From positions 868,001 to 932,000 of the forward strand of contig JANHCV010000002.1 in assembly GCA_025594325.1 (NCBI GenBank): a stretch of DNA of 64,000 bases, read 5' to 3'. Source of the DNA: Blastocladiella emersonii ATCC 22665. Its lineage: Eukaryota > Fungi > Blastocladiomycota. The position numbers and the translations under genes are program-made. Under the pieces are notes generated by a model. That model was not told where the DNA came from and made no database searches. It saw nothing but the letters and a program-made list of their open reading frames with translations. Positions 56,524 to 64,000 of the stretch are shown one piece after another (the stretch's first letter is position 1; the number at the start of each line of letters is the position of its first letter).

Positions 56524-56745
56524 GGTTTTCGTGTCGAGCGCAAGCGGAGAGCGAGTACGACGCGAACGGCTTCGCGACATGTCCATGGGGAGCTAGCTAC
56601 TCCTGACTGGTCCTCCGCGTGACAGATATACTGACCCTCCTTTAACGCCAAAAACACAAGTGAAGCACGTCTTGAATGATATGTATACGGTATGCCGAAG
56701 CAAGGGATGGGGTAACGAACTGATGGGAGCAGACACACACAAAGG

Positions 56746-58266
56746 TTACGCAGCGCGCGACGGGTTCGCCGCAACCTCGACGAGGACCGACTCGGCCGCC
56801 GCGGCGACCGACGATAGTGGCGCAGTAGGCGTAGTCGGGGTGCCGGGCCGGGACGGCAGCTCGACGAGCATGAGCTCGCGGAACATGCCGATGAGCGCCG
56901 CGTCGTCGACGGCCGCAGCGGCGGGCCCGTGCAGGTCCGCGTACCGCGCGGCGAGGTGCGACCGGAGCTCGGGCTCGGCCATGTGCAGGGTGCGAGCGAG
57001 CGTCGCGAGCTCCGACTCGGGCGCCGTCGCGGACGCCGGCGAGCTCGGGGACAGCGACAGCGGGAGTGGCGGGACGGGCGGGGTCGAGGACCGGCTGGGC
57101 ACGGCGGACCGGCCGCTGAGCGAGCGCGAGAGACTGGTCGAGTAGGGCTGCGTCAGGCGCGTGGCGCGCGGCGAGGTGCCGAGCGAGTGCTGGACGGCGA
57201 GCGCGACGGGGATCCCGCGGCGCAGCGAGCCGGGCGGCGACGTGAGCGGGTGACCGGTGGCGATAGGGGTGGCGGACGCAGGAGTGCCGTGGATGTTGCG
57301 GGCGGCCGAGGCGTTCTGGCGCGACCGGTAGTACTCGGCCTCCGAGTCCGAGTCCGAGTCGGACGACGACGACGAGGTGGCGGTGGCGGAACGCGACGCG
57401 GCGCCACGCGGTGGCGCAAGGCCGCGCGAGCGCAGGTACTCGAGCTCGCTGTCGTCGCTGCTGTCGCTGTCCGAGTGCGAGGCGGCCGAGTTGGCCGACG
57501 ACACGCTGGACCCGAAGCGCGACGAGGCGGCCGACCAGCGGCCCTGGCGCGAGCGGCGAGTGCTGCTGCTGCCGTAGCTCCGCCGGCTGCTCCCGTCGCT
57601 GCTGGACCCGCTGCCGTGCGCATCGTCGTCGTCGTCCGAGTCGCCGCCGGCCTGGCGGAACGACTGCATGCGGACGAGACCGAGGCCGCCGCCGCGCGGG
57701 CCCGAGCGCGACGACGAGGTGGTGTTGGAGCGCGACAGGCTCGCGCCGCCCGACGACGTGGTCGAGGTGACGGACGAGGCGAGCGACGAGGCCATGCTGC
57801 GGCCGCCGCCGTAGGAGCCAGTGACGAGATCGGCCATGGTGGCAGCGAGGTCGTGCACGCTCGCGGGCGTCGACGACAGCGACGCGGAGCCCGACACGGA
57901 GCGGATCGACGGCGACCGCCGGGGCGACGAGACCTGCGAGGAGGCAAGCGCGGCCGCAGCGGCGGCAGCGGCCTGGATCGAGGAGGTCAGGTTCGAGGTC
58001 GGGACGGCGCGTGGTGGCGTCGGGACCGCAGCGGCGGCAGCGGCGGCAGGGTGGTGGGGAGCGCGGACGGCGCCCGGTGGCGGCGCCAGGGCGACGCAGC
58101 AGGGGCATCCGGCGTGGGCCTGGCCGTTGGGCCCGGTGCGGCCGTGCGCCGCGTCGAGGGGCGCCTTGTCCATGTCGGCGCCGTGCGCGGCCGATGGCTG
58201 GCCGGCAGAGCCGCAGCACGCAGAGCGCGCGGCCGAGTGCGGCGAGGCGATAATCGGGTTACCCAT
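56746..58266 (-). CDS. Hypothetical Ser-rich low-complexity protein (506 aa)
   Basis: ACC-ATG-G start, high GC3 and a short helical C-terminal segment. No family recognised. Confidence 0.65.
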   Translation of the reverse strand: MGNPIIASPHSAARSACCGSAGQPSAAHGADMDKAPLDAAHGRTGPNGQAHAGCPCCVALAPPPGAVRAPHHPAAAAAAAVPTPPRAVPTSNLTSSIQAAAAAAAALASSQVSSPRRSPSIRSVSGSASLSSTPASVHDLAATMADLVTGSYGGGRSMASSLASSVTSTTSSGGASLSRSNTTSSSRSGPRGGGLGLVRMQSFRQAGGDSDDDDDAHGSGSSSDGSSRRSYGSSSTRRSRQGRWSAASSRFGSSVSSANSAASHSDSDSSDDSELEYLRSRGLAPPRGAASRSATATSSSSSDSDSDSEAEYYRSRQNASAARNIHGTPASATPIATGHPLTSPPGSLRRGIPVALAVQHSLGTSPRATRLTQPYSTSLSRSLSGRSAVPSRSSTPPVPPLPLSLSPSSPASATAPESELATLARTLHMAEPELRSHLAARYADLHGPAAAAVDDAALIGMFRELMLVELPSRPGTPTTPTAPLSSVAAAAESVLVEVAANPSRAA

Positions 58267-60283
58267 GGTCGTCGAGGGGGAAGAGGCGGGCCGAGGCGAG
58301 TAGCTGCGACGCGGGAGCAGATGATCAGCATCGGGTCGTCGGGGGTAAGGAGGTCGGGACCGCGACGTACGCTCACGGCGAGGGGATGCGACGCTCTCGA
58401 GGGAGAGCGCGGGCGGGCGAGTGCGGCCGAGGTAATCACGACGGCGACAGCGGGGAGCTTCGAGGGCAGCGACGAAGAGCGGCGCAGCGTTCCAGCGAAG
58501 AGGCCCACGGGTGGAGGCAGCAGCGCAGCGACAACGGTGGCGCGAGGCAGATCGGGTGCGACAGAGATGGCCGTGAGAGCGAGCGCAATGTCCGAGCGGG
58601 GCCGGGAGCGTGCGCTGGGAAGACGGTGGCCGTTGAGTTGGCGGGAGCGAGGGATCGCTTGCGGAGGAGGTGGAGGAGGTTGCAGGACTGGAACGCAGGG
58701 TTCCGCGATCACAGAATCAATCAGCCCCGACGACGGCGACGGCCTGTTGGGGACGATGGAAGGAGATGACAAGGAGCGCGAGGGACGAGCAGAGGAGGCG
58801 AGCTGCGAGGCGAGGGACGGCCGGGGGAGGAGATGGGCGTCGTGGTCGCGGTCGCGGTCGGTCGAGGTCGCGTCGGATCGGGAGGGACGGGCAACGTGTT
58901 GGTGCAACGGTGTCGTCTTTGGAGCGCGAGGGGGGACGGCGGCGCGAGATGAGGGAGGGCGCGATGGCAGCGTGGGTCAGGTCAAGGTTCTCGAGCGGCG
59001 AGGTCGGCGGGGTTCCCTCGCTTGCCCGAACGGAGAAGTGACGACGCTGGCTCGGGCTTGCCGCCGCTCCGACCGCTCCGATTGGCCCGCGGCCCCATGA
59101 CTCGCGCAGTCACGCGCGCTATTCGTCGCGTGCTGCGGCGTCGGCCGCGAACCACGCGGGCCGCCGCCTCGGTGGCCGTTTGCCCGCAATCCTGAGACGT
59201 GACGCGACGAGCGATAGCGCTCGCGAGCTTTCGCAGCGTGGAGACCAGCTCTGAACAGTGTTCGCGGACGAGCCGGCGACGCGCATGTTGGAGATCTGTG
59301 TGGAGAGCTGACGTGCGTGGAGCCGACCGAGAAAGAGCGGGGTGGAGGGAGCCTGAGGCGAGGAGCAGTGCAAGAAGCAGAGCGAGGAGCCCCTTCCATC
59401 ACGAAGTTGCGAGTAAGGCTCGAAGCACCGCTGGCAACTCTTGGAAACTTTCAAGCGGTCTGCAAGTCATCGTGGTCAACTGCTGCTCGGAAGTTGTCCT
59501 CGTGGGCCACGAAAGCGAGATCATCGCAGGCATCACGGCCCACCCATCATCACGCTCGCCGAGACAAGCAGAGGGTGATCGGAGCGCGGTGCTCATTTCA
59601 CGGCGAGCACGACATCCAACCCCAGCGTGACAGGGCGCCGTGTCGTCACCTCAGCGATGGCACCATGGACCACTGCCCGGATTGGCCACGGTTCGCGGCC
59701 GCTGATCAACTCCCCTCTCGCTCTTGCGCAATCGAGCCGACTTCTCCTCCATCGCTGACATGATGCATCCGTGATGCCGGCTTGCTTGGGGCAGCAGTTT
59801 CAACACCTCGGCGCGCAAGGCGTCATCCTCGGCGGTGGCGGTCTAGTGCTGCGCGGCGCCGCCACTGGGCGTCTCGAACGTGTGCAACGCTCGCGCTTGA
59901 CTACGCCGCCGCCGAGCCCATAAATAGTCGGCGCGCCCGTCACCATCGTGGTTTCTGCACCGAAGACCAGAATCTGCAACGTAGCTTTGACCACCGCCGT
60001 CCCCCACGGTACGGCATCGACCCTCCCTCCCTCCCACCTCCTCTCGACGTCGACCTCGGCCTCGGACGTGGTCGGCCGCCCGTGCCGGTGTATCCGTAAG
60101 CCACGGTCGCTGTCGCCGAGGTCGAAGCGTTGCCGAGGCGCTCGCTCGCTCGTTCGGGTCGGCGCTCGGGACGCGTCCGGATATCATGCAACCCTCACGT
60201 GCGGATGGCGGCACGCGTGTGGCGCATCGCGCCATCCGGCCGCGGCGACGCCGAATTCAGCGTGTCGCGCCACCGTCGGCTGA

Positions 60284-61996
<1,713 letters not shown>

Positions 61997-62361
61997 ACGA
62001 CGGCGCACTCGCTCGCCCTCGCCCGCTTGCGCACTTGCGCGTTTTGCGAACCACCCCCTTCCTCCCTCCCTCCCTCCCTTTGTACAGTGATTTCCCTCCC
62101 CTACAGTCGATATAAATGGCCCTCCGTTTTGTCAGCACGCCTTACTCGCCTCCCGAATCAGCGCTTCCATCACGTCACGTCGTCGTCGCGTCGCGTCGCG
62201 TTTCAGCCCGCTCTCGAACGCACGCGACCTTCGGCGCTTGTGGCTTGCCTTCCGCGTCACACATCGTCGGACTTGCCACGCGGCGAGTTGCGGGCTATAA
62301 GAAGCCTTCGTCCCGTCGTCCGCGCTCCCGCTCTCGGCCCCCAACACCGCTAGACCTTGCC

Positions 62362-63076
62362 ATGTATCACTCGCGCTCCCTCACCATCGCACTCGTCTGT
62401 GTGATCTTCGCCGCCGCCATGACCCTCGCTTCCGCCACCAACCACGCCGGCTCGCCGGCCGCCGCTGCCGCTGCCGCTGCCAAGCCCAAGGATGTCTACG
62501 CTTTCAACCCTGAGGGTATGTTTGTGCCGCGGAGTAGCGCGCGCGCACGAACCCTCCGCTGACGCCGTGTGTGCGCGTCTAGCCGCCGAGGCCTCGCCCT
62601 TTGCGCCGTTCCCCGCGACCTTCACGCTCGTCACCAAGGGCAGCACAGGCGCCGCGCTCGGCTCCGTGACGCTGTTCCCCGGCGGCAAGGCCGAGACCAC
62701 GTCCGCCGCTTCCGCCTCAACCGCTACCACGTCAACGCTGTTCCACGACGCCGCCGCCGCCTCGGCGGGCTCCGCCGACTCGTTCACCGCCCCGTCTGCC
62801 CCCGCCACCGCCGCGGCTCCGCGCGCGGGGATGTGGAGCGTGGTCGACGAGATCAAGCTGCCCGCCGGCGCCAACCCGGGCATGATGTACCTCGCGTTCC
62901 GACCCACGGCTGCCGCGCCGGGCAAGGGCAAGATCGCGCAGCCGCAGGTCTTCGCCATTGACACGTTCACCGAGGACTACCCGTCGTCGCGCATCTCGCT
63001 CCGCGAGGTGGTCGCCGGCGAGGGAGGCGCGCGGTGGGTGCCCGCGGGCGTCGTCGGGTTCCGCCGGACGCGGTAG
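62362..63076 (+). CDS. Small secreted protein; join(62362..62515,62583..63076), about 215 aa
   Basis: Signal peptide MYHSRSLTIALVCVIFAAAMTLASA. The 67-nt GTATGT...GCTGAC...TAG intron joins the exons in frame. Confidence 0.75.
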
Positions 63077-63808
63077 TTGATTCGTTCTGTATATATTTAG
63101 TTCCCGGCGATCCTATCTAGTGCTCGTTGTCGGGAGGGAGGTCTCGGAGGTCAGGGCTGCACGCTGAGCGGTGAACGCGCAGGTGAACGCGTCGACCAAC
63201 CAGCGTGACAAGTTCTTTCCAGCGAGCCTTCGCGTGCAGCTTCTCCCTCAAGACGCCAACCATGATGAGAAACTGATGGAGCTACTTGTCGCAACGGAGT
63301 CTAACGGCCCAAATACGCTTGCTCTATGAGCTGTTCGAGAGAATCTTCATCCAAGACGTTTCCGCGCGACCCTCGCGGTGTCGACCCGCTTCCGCTCTTG
63401 TACGCCGCTTCGGGCCTCGACCGACTGTGCCGGGCGGGCCGTGTTGCGCGTCGACTGCCCTGGCGCCTCCCTCGCCACGTCCTGTTACTACGTGTGAGGT
63501 AGCGCTCCTGCCGAGACGATGGTTCGAACAGCGCACCACCGAGCTTGCTGTACGCCGTCCGCGCGTGTCGAACTTGCTTGCGAGTCAGTCGACGCTATGC
63601 GTGGCTCCTCGACTGCGCCACCCGTTCATGACGGACGCGTCGTGTTCCATCGCGCTCGGCCGATTTCTATTCCGAGTGCAGTTTCTGCCGCAGTCCCTGA
63701 TCAAGAACAACCCTCGATGAACCTAACCCCCCGCACCGTACAAAAGCCGGGTCGCGTCCCCGGCGCAGCTCTTGCTCTCACACAAGCTCATCGCTGATTC
63801 ATCGCAAT

Positions 63809-64000
63809 ATGACTATCCCTGCTGCTTCGACTGACGCATATGCTTTCGACGCGCAAGGTGCGCTCAACGACGACGGCGACTTCGTGCCGATTCCGCAGTT
63901 GTTGACGACCCGGTCCCTTCGCCTAGTCGCTAAGCGATGCGACTTTGCCAACGGCGTGGAGCTCGGCAACGACGCGTTCCCCGCCAAGTTCCGCGTGCTC
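63809..64000 (+). CDS. 5' part of an ORF running off the window
   Basis: ATG at 63809, open for 64 codons to the window edge (MTIPAASTDAYAFDAQG...). Confidence 0.35.
   Translation, partial: MTIPAASTDAYAFDAQGALNDDGDFVPIPQLLTTRSLRLVAKRCDFANGVELGNDAFPAKFRVL

Overview
GC-rich, intron-containing eukaryotic DNA from an early-diverging fungus (Blastocladiomycota-like; inferred from short GTACGT/GTGCGT...CTGAC/CTAAC...YAG introns, near-saturated GC3 and fungal-type orthologues). Housekeeping genes: CYC8/SSN6, HIS3, VAS1, MED22, QCR9, ZUO1, a Rad5/16-like SNF2-RING ATPase, HEM1 and MET17. Two lower-GC accessory islands interrupt them: an LRR/RING cluster (about 5.9-10.4 kb) and a tandem array of five PPR-like, mitochondrial-presequence genes (48.9-56.5 kb; three intact, two decayed). 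The main structural feature is a 4,053-bp inverted duplication (11213-15265 and 38187-42239; one substitution found, no indels) bracketing a 22.9-kb gene-rich block. Next to the left copy is a captured, internally deleted fragment of the SNF2 gene. A 19-22-bp motif (CAGGTGAGTGGCGCAACGCGTC) recurs at or near the junctions. Two short tracts of atypical codon usage fall on functional motifs (MET17 PLP lysine; SNF2 RING). No tRNA, rRNA, CRISPR array or transposase was recognised. All coordinates and alignments were done by eye and need computational confirmation.
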